Shown here piece after piece: positions 1 through 9,155 of a stretch of 64,000 bases of DNA. The stretch lies in the IMG/VR virus record IMGVR_UViG_3300031088_000734. One strand, written 5' to 3'. The position numbers and the translations under genes are program-made. Within the stretch, counting starts at the first letter, position 1; every line of letters begins with the position of its first letter. The stretch comes from a virus. Under the pieces are notes generated by a model. The model had not been told where the DNA came from and made no database searches. It was given only the letters and a program-made list of their open reading frames with translations.

Positions 1-1
1 A

Positions 2-199
2 GAGATTGCTCAGCTTGTCAAAGCCGCGATGAAAACCTATACGCATGGTTATAAATCGGAATGGTATAACACTTATGGTTTTGATTGTGACGCTATCGAA
101 TTAACACAAATCACTGAAATCGTGGTGGCTTATTTGAAAGAACACTCGATGTATCGAGAAAAAACAGAATATGTAGCAAAATCGATACACACTGTTTAA
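2..199 (+). CDS. hypothetical protein, 5'-truncated by window edge
   Basis: Open frame from base 2 (EIAQLVKAAMKTYTHG...) to TAA at 197-199, followed by a terminator. Confidence 0.7.
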   Translation, partial: EIAQLVKAAMKTYTHGYKSEWYNTYGFDCDAIELTQITEIVVAYLKEHSMYREKTEYVAKSIHTV

Positions 200-220
200 T
201 CTCATTGTCAATTGTTGTGC

Positions 221-249
221 AAAAAGTCCTCTTCGGAGGATTTTTTTTT
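221..249 (+). terminator. intrinsic terminator
   Basis: AGTCCTC-TTCG-GAGGATT hairpin followed by a T-run. Confidence 0.85.
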
Positions 250-382
250 ACTTAAAAGTTACTAAATTCTTATTCTTTGTTTAGACTTTGATTAAAGAAC
301 ATTTATAGAAATTGTTCTAATATCTTTATATATCTTTGTTGATAAAATGCTATAAAATATAATTTTTTTATTGTTGTATTGT

Positions 383-411
383 TTGACAATATATAAATGG
401 AGGCATAAAAT
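383..411 (+). promoter_or_regulatory. sigma70-type promoter
   Basis: TTGACA-17 bp-TAAAAT upstream of the 447 ORF. Confidence 0.75.
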
Positions 412-446
412 AGAAGTACGGATAACTACTCCTATGGAGGCTCAAA

Positions 447-905
447 ATGTCTAAGACCTTTAATCAATTACTTATTGAAGATGTTCTAGAAAGTGACAAC
501 AAAGAGTTCTTTAAACTGGTGGCTTGTCACAACAAGACTCGATTTAGATGGCAAACTGGTGTTTTCTTCTTTATCTTCTTCGGGTATCTCATTCAACGTT
601 CTGTTTTTGGAAATCCATTTCCATACCTTTGGATAGCTCTCGCAGCTCTTGCTGTTTTTATCTTATTTAACTTTGCAAAACAACATTTAACCTTTATCAA
701 GTTCTTTAATTTGAAATATAGAATTAGTCATCTTGAACATGTGTGTGATTGTGCTATTGCAGGTGATGATGAAGAAATTAAGGCAGATGCACGCTCTATA
801 AAAGCTGACATTGAAAAAGGAATTGTTGATAGCAAGTATTTAGAAAAGTTGTTGTTGGATAGAAAACACTTGGAAGAATACATTGACCAAAAATATGGTG
901 ATTAA
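447..905 (+). CDS. hypothetical membrane protein (2 TM)
   Basis: 152 aa ORF, GGAGG RBS, two hydrophobic segments. Confidence 0.8.
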   Translation: MSKTFNQLLIEDVLESDNKEFFKLVACHNKTRFRWQTGVFFFIFFGYLIQRSVFGNPFPYLWIALAALAVFILFNFAKQHLTFIKFFNLKYRISHLEHVCDCAIAGDDEEIKADARSIKADIEKGIVDSKYLEKLLLDRKHLEEYIDQKYGD

Positions 906-1000
906 TCCTTATTGTTAGAAGTAAAACTCTTCGCCAAACCTTGAAAATTTGGCTTTTTAATGTTATAATTAGGCAATTATTCAATACAGGAGCATTCATC

Positions 1001-1186
1001 ATGTCTTCAAGAGCCGAACGATTTGCGAATTGCAAACATGAAAAAGTTCAAGATTTTACAGATATTTGCCTTCAGTGTGGCGAAAGTATCTATGCGACAG
1101 TTGGTGAAATCAACCTAGAAGAACATCGCAAAGAACGTGATAAGAGAGAAAAATCCAAATTCGACCCTGATGATACTGGTTGGTAA
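1001..1186 (+). CDS. small Cys-containing (zinc-ribbon-like) protein
   Basis: ATG 1001 after AGGAG; CKH...CLQCG. Confidence 0.7.
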   Translation: MSSRAERFANCKHEKVQDFTDICLQCGESIYATVGEINLEEHRKERDKREKSKFDPDDTGW

Positions 1187-1267
1187 TCGAATTAACCACA
1201 ATCCAGAATAGCTTCTCTTTTGAGTGGCTTTGTGGTATAATAAACTATCAATTCAGGAGCTATCCCT

Positions 1268-2026
1268 ATGCCTAATTACACGTCTATTTCCAAACAAGAA
1301 GCTATCGCTAAATTTGGTCACTATTTTGTATTGGAAAGCTCTAATAATCGTTGGGGCTATGAAATTGTTGAAAAACTGGGTCAGAATCATTCTATTTTTG
1401 ATGAAGATGATGACACAATGGATTTTGACGAAGCGTGTGGCTCATTGGCAGCAAAAGTAAGGATTGCAGCTCAAAAAACGACCATTAATAATGACTTCAT
1501 GCTTAATTCGTTTTCTCACAAATGGGATCTTTTCTTTTATCGTAAAGGTTGGCTCAATGCACAAACCAGTGAGAAAATTTATAATTTCCTTGCAAAAGAT
1601 GACATTGCTCGAAAAAATTTGGTGGATGAAATCCCATTTGAACAGTTGCTTAAACCGCTTCCTGATCAATTTCATTTGCCAGAAATATGTTTTGAAAAAG
1701 ATAAAATCTATTACCAGTTTAACCACGCTCACAGTGTGTATCAAAAAAGCGAAATGACAGAAATCATTCCAGATGAAATTGACGTTTCTTTTGATGATAA
1801 CAATGTGATTTCTATGAGTGTTTCGTTTACTAAAAAAGATGGTGAAAAAGTCAATGGTTCTGTTTCACGTCAAAATTTTAAAAAACATAATGAACAACCT
1901 TACTTTGAGACAGGTTACACAGGTATTTATGTCTTCACCGACAAGGATGAATGTAAGAAGTTTGCAATTAGTCAACTCAACAAAGACATTGAACATTTTC
2001 AAAAATCAATTGAAGCATTATCTTAA
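1268..2026 (+). CDS. hypothetical protein
   Basis: 252 aa ORF, AGGAG RBS, TGGTATAAT promoter element upstream. Confidence 0.85.
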   Translation: MPNYTSISKQEAIAKFGHYFVLESSNNRWGYEIVEKLGQNHSIFDEDDDTMDFDEACGSLAAKVRIAAQKTTINNDFMLNSFSHKWDLFFYRKGWLNAQTSEKIYNFLAKDDIARKNLVDEIPFEQLLKPLPDQFHLPEICFEKDKIYYQFNHAHSVYQKSEMTEIIPDEIDVSFDDNNVISMSVSFTKKDGEKVNGSVSRQNFKKHNEQPYFETGYTGIYVFTDKDECKKFAISQLNKDIEHFQKSIEALS

Positions 2027-2078
2027 TCATTCTTCTTGGTGTTAACAAAAAGCCTGATTGATTTCAGGCTTTATTGTT

Positions 2079-2957
2079 TTAAATGTTCAGCATGTCTAAA
2101 AATTCAAGATCCCTACTGGTGAAATACTCACTGTCTCTAAAATTATCTTGCAATATATTAGGTTTTAATTCAAACAACACGTCTTTATTAATTAGTCTAT
2201 TTTTGTAATAACAGAACACTTCAAGTGTATTACCTTTCATGTCTTCTACGATAACAGCAGGAATGATCTTATTTTCGTCAGGGTTCATTGTTGTATAGAT
2301 TTGAATACCTAGTTGGATGTAGTGATGAATTTTAAGATAAGTTCCCTCCTTTTCTTCAAATACAAAATGTTGATGACCCGAAATAACATCATATTCTGAT
2401 ATTTCAAAGACACTTGCTGTTTTTTCATCGTAGTAAGGAACTAACCTATCATCTATTTTTCTTTGAATCGTTTTCTTGACTAGGCTCATTAGCCCTTTAC
2501 TTGTTATAAATTCCACATCAAAAACCATGTCATTTTTTAAATTCATTTGATCGAAGTATTGTTGAATGATGTCTTTTTCTTGTATATCGAATGAAAAAGA
2601 AGAATTTTTCAGTATAAGATCTTCAAACTTTTCTAAATTAAGCGTCCCTTTATATTCAGGAGAACATTTGTTTTTATCATAGTTACTGAATTCAATGAGT
2701 TCTACTTCCCTTGTATTAACTTTATTGTTTTTGGTGTTTTGATAATACATTGTTTTCATTCCCATGTTAGGCATAAGACCTACCAACAAATTTTGCAGCG
2801 TTTGAGTTGACCCATGAGCGAATGGGTTAATGCTATTAGACATTTTTTGATTTTGGTCATTTATTGAAATTAATTTATCATAAATGTCATCACTTATTTC
2901 GTAATCTGGATATATATTTACTGTGTGCTTTGATTTTGTTGGCATGTTTTTCTCCAT
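2079..2957 (-). CDS. C-terminal-motif family protein (ends FLDMLNI)
   Basis: 292 aa; tandem paralog of 2960-3844 (shared PDExKIxPAVxVxDxxGNxLEVxCYYK). Confidence 0.85.
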   Translation of the reverse strand: MEKNMPTKSKHTVNIYPDYEISDDIYDKLISINDQNQKMSNSINPFAHGSTQTLQNLLVGLMPNMGMKTMYYQNTKNNKVNTREVELIEFSNYDKNKCSPEYKGTLNLEKFEDLILKNSSFSFDIQEKDIIQQYFDQMNLKNDMVFDVEFITSKGLMSLVKKTIQRKIDDRLVPYYDEKTASVFEISEYDVISGHQHFVFEEKEGTYLKIHHYIQLGIQIYTTMNPDENKIIPAVIVEDMKGNTLEVFCYYKNRLINKDVLFELKPNILQDNFRDSEYFTSRDLEFLDMLNI

Positions 2958-2959
2958 TT

Positions 2960-3844
2960 TTAAATCATTGTCATATTGAGAAATTCAATATCGCGTTTAT
3001 CAAAATAACCATCTGTAATAAAAGATTCTGATAATAAATTGGGCTTCAGCTCTTTCATTATTTCAGGTGAAATACATTTTTTCTTGTAGTAACAATGCAC
3101 TTCCAATGGATTACCCATTAAATCAGTCACCACCACTGCAGGCACTATTTTATCTTCATCTGGGTTCTTGATAAGCTTTACAAGTAAACTTAATTCATTA
3201 TAACAATGCAATTCTAAGTAGCTCGCTGTCTTTTCATAGTCAAAAAGACACGATTCGTTTAATTCTTTTGAACTGTTATATGTAATGTAACTAGGGGTTA
3301 ACTCATCGAAATAATGAACCGATTTATTATTGATTTTTTTTACGAATTTTTTGTGTTTCATGTATAATTTTTGTTTGCTTTTTAATAGTTCTATTTCAAT
3401 CATTAAATCATTTTTGACCGGCAAATTATCTAACAACTCTTTGAAATGATCTTCCATGTCAGCATTTAAAGTTATAAAATCATGACCAAATACAATATCG
3501 TTAAAAATTGATTCATTGAGAGTGTCTATATGTTTGAATTCTATTTTATTTTTAGGATGCTGATTAAATTTGTGTGCTGAACTTGTCCAATTAATCAGCC
3601 ATTCTTCAAAAAAAGGTATAGGTGATATCGGTGGTAGTGCTAAAATAGGGAAAGAAGACGCAAACGTCGATTTTGTACGTGGCTGCACAATATTTTGGCT
3701 TAGACTTTTTATTCTGGAATTCCAAAAATTTGAACAATTTACATTTTTTATCGAGTCGATATTTATATCTAATAATTCAACAGGATCTTCTATTTCAAAA
3801 GTCGGATATATTGTAAGGGTATGTTGTGACATGATAATCTCCAA
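2960..3844 (-). CDS. C-terminal-motif family protein (ends FLNMTMI)
   Basis: 294 aa; paralog of 2079-2957. Confidence 0.85.
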   Translation of the reverse strand: MEIIMSQHTLTIYPTFEIEDPVELLDINIDSIKNVNCSNFWNSRIKSLSQNIVQPRTKSTFASSFPILALPPISPIPFFEEWLINWTSSAHKFNQHPKNKIEFKHIDTLNESIFNDIVFGHDFITLNADMEDHFKELLDNLPVKNDLMIEIELLKSKQKLYMKHKKFVKKINNKSVHYFDELTPSYITYNSSKELNESCLFDYEKTASYLELHCYNELSLLVKLIKNPDEDKIVPAVVVTDLMGNPLEVHCYYKKKCISPEIMKELKPNLLSESFITDGYFDKRDIEFLNMTMI

Positions 3845-3926
3845 AGATCTTACATCTTATCATATTTCTTACTAAAAATCCATCATTTTATTGTGTTTTT
3901 TATTTGTTAAATAACGAAAAAAAATG

Positions 3927-3955
3927 TTGCCATTTCCAAAAAACATTGATAGAAT
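3927..3955 (+). promoter_or_regulatory. sigma70-type promoter with A-rich UP region
   Basis: TTGCCA-17 bp-TAGAAT. Confidence 0.7.
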
Positions 3956-4129
3956 ACAAACACTTAAACAAAAGCAGTAAATAAACGGTTGAAAACACCA
4001 AAGGTCATAAACGCTAGTCGCCTCAAACCATCTTGTAGGCAAGCGGTTCAATAGAATACTTTATGACATCTTAACTATTTATTAACTTGATATTGGAGTA
4101 TTTTGAAATGTAAAATTTTAAAAATAATA

Positions 4130-4158
4130 TTGACAAAAAGACAAAATAGAGATAAAAT
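4130..4158 (+). promoter_or_regulatory. sigma70-type promoter
   Basis: TTGACA-17 bp-TAAAAT ahead of the 39-aa ORF. Confidence 0.7.
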
Positions 4159-4203
4159 TAACCCGCAACAAAATAAAATTTAACAGAATTGGAGATCTAC
4201 AAC

Positions 4204-4323
4204 ATGGCACAAAGCGAAAAAGTAAAACGTGAAATTGAACTGGCTTACCGTAAACGTGAGTCTGAAATCGAAGCCCAAAAAGACCGTGACTGGGCACGTC
4301 ATCAAAAAACTGCTCGCAAGTAA
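4204..4323 (+). CDS. 39-aa small basic helical protein (not in ORF track)
   Basis: MAQSEKVKREIELAYRKRESEIEAQKDRDWARHQKTARK; GGAG RBS, own promoter and terminator, paralog at 37968. Confidence 0.8.
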   Translation: MAQSEKVKREIELAYRKRESEIEAQKDRDWARHQKTARK

Positions 4324-4340
4324 GTCTTGATTGAGACATA

Positions 4341-4366
4341 AAAAAAACCCCTTCTAGGGGTTTTTT
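4341..4366. terminator. bidirectional intrinsic terminator
   Basis: AAAAAAACCCC-TTCTA-GGGGTTTTTT between convergent genes. Confidence 0.85.
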
Positions 4367-4381
4367 GTTTTCTGCACTTAA

Positions 4382-4873
4382 TTAAGTAGAAACTTTATCA
4401 TTGCTTGAGCGAATTAAATTATAAATATCGTGATCTGTCATATCTCTTCTTTTCGTTATTAAATTTGAATAACTTTCTGCAATCTCTTTTTCTATTTCAG
4501 GTTTTCTTCTCTCAATGACTTTTAATACTTTTACTAGATCTGTAATGCTCTCTGAGTAAATTTCACCTTTCAACATTCCGTCTACAATAAATATTATTGC
4601 TTGTGATTCATCCATCAAAGAAACTTTTGATTGTTTTTCTAATATTGATTTTTTATACTTGTTTTTCATTTTTTTGTAGAAAACAAAACAACTAACTGTT
4701 GAGATTGTTAGCCAAATAAGAAATCCATATACGAAATTCATTAGTTGATCGGGCATGGCATAGTACACAGTTGTAAAACATAAAACCAGCACTAAACAAA
4801 TAGAAAGCACTGAAATAAATAATGAAAACATATTAAATCTCCTTTTAAATATATTATTAAAAAATGTTATCAT
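4382..4873 (-). CDS. hypothetical membrane protein
   Basis: 163 aa, two N-terminal hydrophobic helices. Confidence 0.75.
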   Translation of the reverse strand: MITFFNNIFKRRFNMFSLFISVLSICLVLVLCFTTVYYAMPDQLMNFVYGFLIWLTISTVSCFVFYKKMKNKYKKSILEKQSKVSLMDESQAIIFIVDGMLKGEIYSESITDLVKVLKVIERRKPEIEKEIAESYSNLITKRRDMTDHDIYNLIRSSNDKVST

Positions 4874-5006
4874 TTTATTTTTTCATTTCAAATTTTATTT
4901 ATTATATTATAGTTTTTTTTAACAATTAATTAGTAAAAATCATTTAAGATATTCAACTATTTTAAAATTATGATATACTGTTAAAAAAACAATAATAAAT
5001 TTTATA

Positions 5007-6485
5007 ATGAATCGCTTTCAAAAACTTCAAAATATAAAAGAAACATTCGATGATAAACTATACCAGACAGATGATTTTAAAATCACAAAGGGATTGCTTT
5101 ATAATTTTGGAGCTTACATTGAGGCAAATAAAGGTATTTTGTATGGTTTGTTAGGTGCGTCTCTTTTCAATATGGCTACTAATGCTATGCCTGTCCACAA
5201 TACTGTTGCTACACCAGCCTTTAACAATCCTGCACTCATCTCTCAAATGAAAAACAAGCTTGATTCAAATTTGATTAATAGCCGTGGTATGGATGTTTAT
5301 TCCAAGATAGAAGAATTCAAAAAAAATGTAAAGTTGAACAATACTATTCAAAATCATCGTTACGCTGGTAAAGATATACATGCGTTGAATGCTGAATCCA
5401 TTAAAGACTTGAAAAATAATGCTGAAGGTTCTACACAGATATTTGAGAACCCGTTCTGGAAAGGTAACGTTGTTGAAATAGAAGCTTCTAACTATTACAT
5501 GAACAAATTTGTATTCTCTAATTATTATATGGTTAATGACATCAAAGTTAATGCCGATAACGCTCTGTTGTTAACTGATAATAGTGAACAAAAATTATAT
5601 TACAATCATCAAGATGTCAAGGATTTTGCGAATTATAGTGAAACAACGAATATTGATTTGATGACTAAATATGTCGTTTACCACGAAGCTGCACATGGAG
5701 CTTTCAGACAAGCGTATACATTAGGTAGTGATCCTAACGTGTTAAAAAACGAAGTGCATTCCGATATCTCTTCATTGACCATGATAGGTGTTGAATCTAA
5801 AAGTTTGGCTGAATTCAATGAAGCTGTTGATATGGTCATGCAAATGCGAGTGAAATCGTTGAAAGATGGTGATTATGGTCATAATGACTCTTATGCCATC
5901 AGTGAATTAAAGAAAGTCATCAATGACAACCCAGATTTGTTAAAAATGAAAGTTGAAGACATCTCAGAGTTCTCTTATATTTTAACAGACACTTTGTTTA
6001 AAGAAAACGTCAAAAAAAATAATGCAGACTTGCTTGAAAAAATGGGGATAACCCTTGATCAAAAAAGTATATTCAATGATTTAAAAGCTTACAGAAATTT
6101 AGATTTGTATGATGCTGCTGGTGTTAAAATCACAGGTAAATATATGTTTAGAACTGAAGAAATGATTAAAGAAGGTATGGATTCAAGATTAAAAAACTTT
6201 GCTGGTAAAGTTGCAAAAACTTTTGATAAACACATGCAGTTTGATACAACTAGTACATTAATGTTCAGAGATAATGGTGGCAATGTGGCTAAAACCACTC
6301 AGGCTATTCATGACAGCGTTGAAAAGAATCCAATTATTTCTAAAACCGTTATTGATCCGATTAAACAAAAAGTACATATAGATGGATTAGATTATGATTT
6401 ATCAAAAATCAATGACATTCGATTGAAGCAAATTGCAAAAGAAACTCAAACCTATGTCAATAAACATAACCAAAAACTTCAATAA
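5007..6485 (+). CDS. putative zinc metallopeptidase (HExxH)
   Basis: 492 aa; YHEAAHG motif plus downstream NEVHSD; hydrophobic segment near residue 45. Confidence 0.6.
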   Translation: MNRFQKLQNIKETFDDKLYQTDDFKITKGLLYNFGAYIEANKGILYGLLGASLFNMATNAMPVHNTVATPAFNNPALISQMKNKLDSNLINSRGMDVYSKIEEFKKNVKLNNTIQNHRYAGKDIHALNAESIKDLKNNAEGSTQIFENPFWKGNVVEIEASNYYMNKFVFSNYYMVNDIKVNADNALLLTDNSEQKLYYNHQDVKDFANYSETTNIDLMTKYVVYHEAAHGAFRQAYTLGSDPNVLKNEVHSDISSLTMIGVESKSLAEFNEAVDMVMQMRVKSLKDGDYGHNDSYAISELKKVINDNPDLLKMKVEDISEFSYILTDTLFKENVKKNNADLLEKMGITLDQKSIFNDLKAYRNLDLYDAAGVKITGKYMFRTEEMIKEGMDSRLKNFAGKVAKTFDKHMQFDTTSTLMFRDNGGNVAKTTQAIHDSVEKNPIISKTVIDPIKQKVHIDGLDYDLSKINDIRLKQIAKETQTYVNKHNQKLQ

Positions 6486-6578
6486 GACACTTCAGTGTCT
6501 TTTCCAGCAGATCATTTTGCTTGTTTGGTTATTTTAACAGTGGTATAATTCAATCTCTTAAACAGTGGAGTTAACGAC

Positions 6579-6809
6579 ATGACCATCAAATTGAAAGACG
6601 AAGTTGTAATGAAAGCGGCTGTCATTAAACGCACCAACCATTCAGATTTCGCTAAAAACTTTAAAGGTGTCGTGGTTAATCTTGTTGGTAATACGGCTGA
6701 TGTTCAAACTCAAGATGGCCTTCGTTCAGTGCCTACTGCAAACCTTTCAGCAGTTCGCAGTGTCTATGATTCGAGAACTGAAAAAACATCCAGCATTATT
6801 TTTGATTAA
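6579..6809 (+). CDS. hypothetical protein (possible SH3/KOW-like beta barrel)
   Basis: 76 aa, GGAG RBS, TGGTATAAT upstream; fold is a guess from the GVVVNLVGNTADVQT pattern. Confidence 0.7.
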   Translation: MTIKLKDEVVMKAAVIKRTNHSDFAKNFKGVVVNLVGNTADVQTQDGLRSVPTANLSAVRSVYDSRTEKTSSIIFD

Positions 6810-7369
6810 TGCTCTTGGATATACAACATAGGCTTGCCAGACCATACATCTTTGTTTGATAGCATTCTGACAATCATGTAGGCTTCTGTTTGGTCATAGG
6901 TTTCAAATTTTCTGGTTGTATACTCAGTTTTCTCTTTACTATCTAAATTGAAATTGAATGATTCCAATTTGAAACCTTTTTTAACAGCAAGTCGTTCAAT
7001 TGCTTTCGATATTTCAGCTTTAGTAAATGTTTTATGCTCTTGATTAGTTATTTTATCATCACCCGCTTTCTCGACTAAACAAGTTATCAACTTAGGTTTC
7101 TGGTTAGAGACTCTTGAAATACAGATGGTTTCATAATTATCAGTGCTTTCACGTTCTCTCATACTGAATGACGATCCTGACACACTGGTCATAAATCCTA
7201 TACTTAACGACTTTTTGTTGGAAGGTATTGAAATCATCTCGATTCCACTGTCCAATGTCGTTATTTTGTATTCAGGATCTGGATACTTTTCAGCACTTTT
7301 TTCTGGTTGGTTGGAACACGCATTTAGTAGTATTAAAATACTCAAACCTATTAATTTTTTTATGTTCAT
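6806..7369 (-). CDS. putative lipoprotein
   Basis: 187 aa; MNIKK + hydrophobic stretch + LNA|C lipobox. Confidence 0.75.
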   Translation of the reverse strand: MNIKKLIGLSILILLNACSNQPEKSAEKYPDPEYKITTLDSGIEMISIPSNKKSLSIGFMTSVSGSSFSMRERESTDNYETICISRVSNQKPKLITCLVEKAGDDKITNQEHKTFTKAEISKAIERLAVKKGFKLESFNFNLDSKEKTEYTTRKFETYDQTEAYMIVRMLSNKDVWSGKPMLYIQEH

Positions 7370-7500
7370 GCTATAAGTCCTCTATGCTATATTTGCCATT
7401 TATCCTACCACTTATTGCTGTTAAGTCAATATAAATCAATTGATAAAAAATAGAAAATATGCTATAATCCCAACTTAAAAATTTAAATTGAGTATTATTA

Positions 7501-7998
7501 ATGACAATTGACTCTATTAACGGAAAAACGACCAAGTTTAATCGATTATTATTTGGCGAATGCAATGTATTGATATTGAGTAACAAACACATGCAAGTTC
7601 ATAAGGATGTGTATCCATTGCTTCATGAAGCTTTTACCATGTTTACGCCAACAAAAGAAATCATTCAAAAAACAGTTATCAAGTTTGATAGAATGATAGG
7701 TTCTACTATTTGCGTCAAAACAACGCCATCAGATGAAATCGTGTATGCAAAGAGGAAAGGCCGTAAATGGGCGTCTAGAATGGTCAAAAACAGAACACCT
7801 ACGCCATCAGATGAGCTTACTATTGTTGTTAAACGATGCAAAAACAATATTTATCGTCTACTGACAGCCTATGTGGGTGGTCAATCAGAAAGAGAACCCG
7901 ATGATGTCAACATCCGTTCCAATGAGGAATATGACCGTTGTGTTGAATTTTGGTCTAATCATGCATTATTATATATTGAACAAGACATCGCTTTTTGA
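7501..7998 (+). CDS. hypothetical protein
   Basis: 165 aa ORF with upstream TGCTATAAT. Confidence 0.8.
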   Translation: MTIDSINGKTTKFNRLLFGECNVLILSNKHMQVHKDVYPLLHEAFTMFTPTKEIIQKTVIKFDRMIGSTICVKTTPSDEIVYAKRKGRKWASRMVKNRTPTPSDELTIVVKRCKNNIYRLLTAYVGGQSEREPDDVNIRSNEEYDRCVEFWSNHALLYIEQDIAF

Positions 7999-8041
7999 GT
8001 TGTTGAACAATCAGTAAAAAATATTTTAATATCCTTTCTGC

Positions 8042-8229
8042 TGTTACTTTGTGTTACCACATGATTTTATCTCGCGGATGTGTTACCTTGCCATAAAAAA
8101 CACTAAAATAGTGTTACATGTCTGAATTGTGTAACTATATGACACATTACAGTAGTTGATTTCCCTGAAATACTTGATATAATAGGGTTACAAATTAGAT
8201 ATTTTCCATTCTCTGTCAAAAAATGTAAC
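8042..8229. repeat. array of GTTAC-core direct and inverted repeats
   Basis: TGTTAC at 8042, 8052, 8081, 8112; GGTTAC at 8186; inverted GTAAC at 8131 and 8225. Confidence 0.55.
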
Positions 8230-8310
8230 TATTTAATATAATTTATTGAGCTGTTGGTATAACCATAGCTCTGCTTGATTAACTAAACTAAAAAATAAAG
8301 GTGATATAAA

Positions 8311-8562
8311 ATGTTCTTAAATACTATCAGTATAACTAAACAACTTTTAAAGACTGGCCGTCTTGAAATGAACTACAATGAAAAGAATTTTCGTAAGAAA
8401 TATGAGCTTGGATTCTGGGAAGTTTATCAAGATGTTCACGCTGTCTCAAAAAACATTATCAGTGGGCCATACAGAGTGTTCAGACCTATCTACAGAACTG
8501 GCAATCTTGATAAATTGAATTCAAAACTCGCTAAAATGAAAGAAAGTTCATCTCTTTACTAA
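8311..8562 (+). CDS. hypothetical protein
   Basis: 83 aa, AAGGTG RBS. Confidence 0.7.
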   Translation: MFLNTISITKQLLKTGRLEMNYNEKNFRKKYELGFWEVYQDVHAVSKNIISGPYRVFRPIYRTGNLDKLNSKLAKMKESSSLY

Positions 8563-8658
8563 GTAGAGAGTTATGCAAAGCACCTTCTTGAAGGTGTTTT
8601 TTGTTGACTAAATAATAGTAAAGTGCTATTATTAACTTCAATAATTATTAAGGATCTC

Positions 8659-8868
8659 ATGATGCTAATTAAAGAAACTTATAAAGTGCTTGGTGATGAC
8701 TGGTGGAAGGTTCCCAATGGCGAATTTGTTGTGACTACAGATACATTGGTTGTTACCGATATTACCGAAGAAAAAGCTATCTTTGATGTTTTCCGTGATG
8801 GTGTGGTTATTGGCGAAATTCGTGTTCATCATGCCTTTGTAAAAGAAGATTTTGAGAAAATTAAATAA
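8659..8868 (+). CDS. hypothetical protein
   Basis: ATG 8659 after AAGGA; in frame with track ORF 8623-8868. Confidence 0.7.
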   Translation: MMLIKETYKVLGDDWWKVPNGEFVVTTDTLVVTDITEEKAIFDVFRDGVVIGEIRVHHAFVKEDFEKIK

Positions 8869-8883
8869 TTTGAGGATATTCTT

Positions 8884-9117
8884 ATGAGTGTAGGTTGCTG
8901 CAATATTTCAGGCGTTAAATACATCAATGAAAACGGTGAAATGATTCAGTCGGTTTTTCAAAAACATTATGGTGTTTCTGCAAGCCTTTCTGATTCAGAA
9001 GAAATCAATATGTTTACACAAAAACCTGTACACATCAAATTGATTCATATTGATGGTCAAACCAGTAAATTTTGCATGTGTGGTTGTCATAAGGTTGGTA
9101 TCTATATGGATCATTAA
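8884..9117 (+). CDS. small Cys/His-containing protein
   Basis: 77 aa, GAGGA RBS; GCC...CMCGCH. Confidence 0.7.
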   Translation: MSVGCCNISGVKYINENGEMIQSVFQKHYGVSASLSDSEEINMFTQKPVHIKLIHIDGQTSKFCMCGCHKVGIYMDH

Positions 9118-9155
9118 AAAAGAGACTTTTCAAAGTCTCTTTTTTATTATTATCA

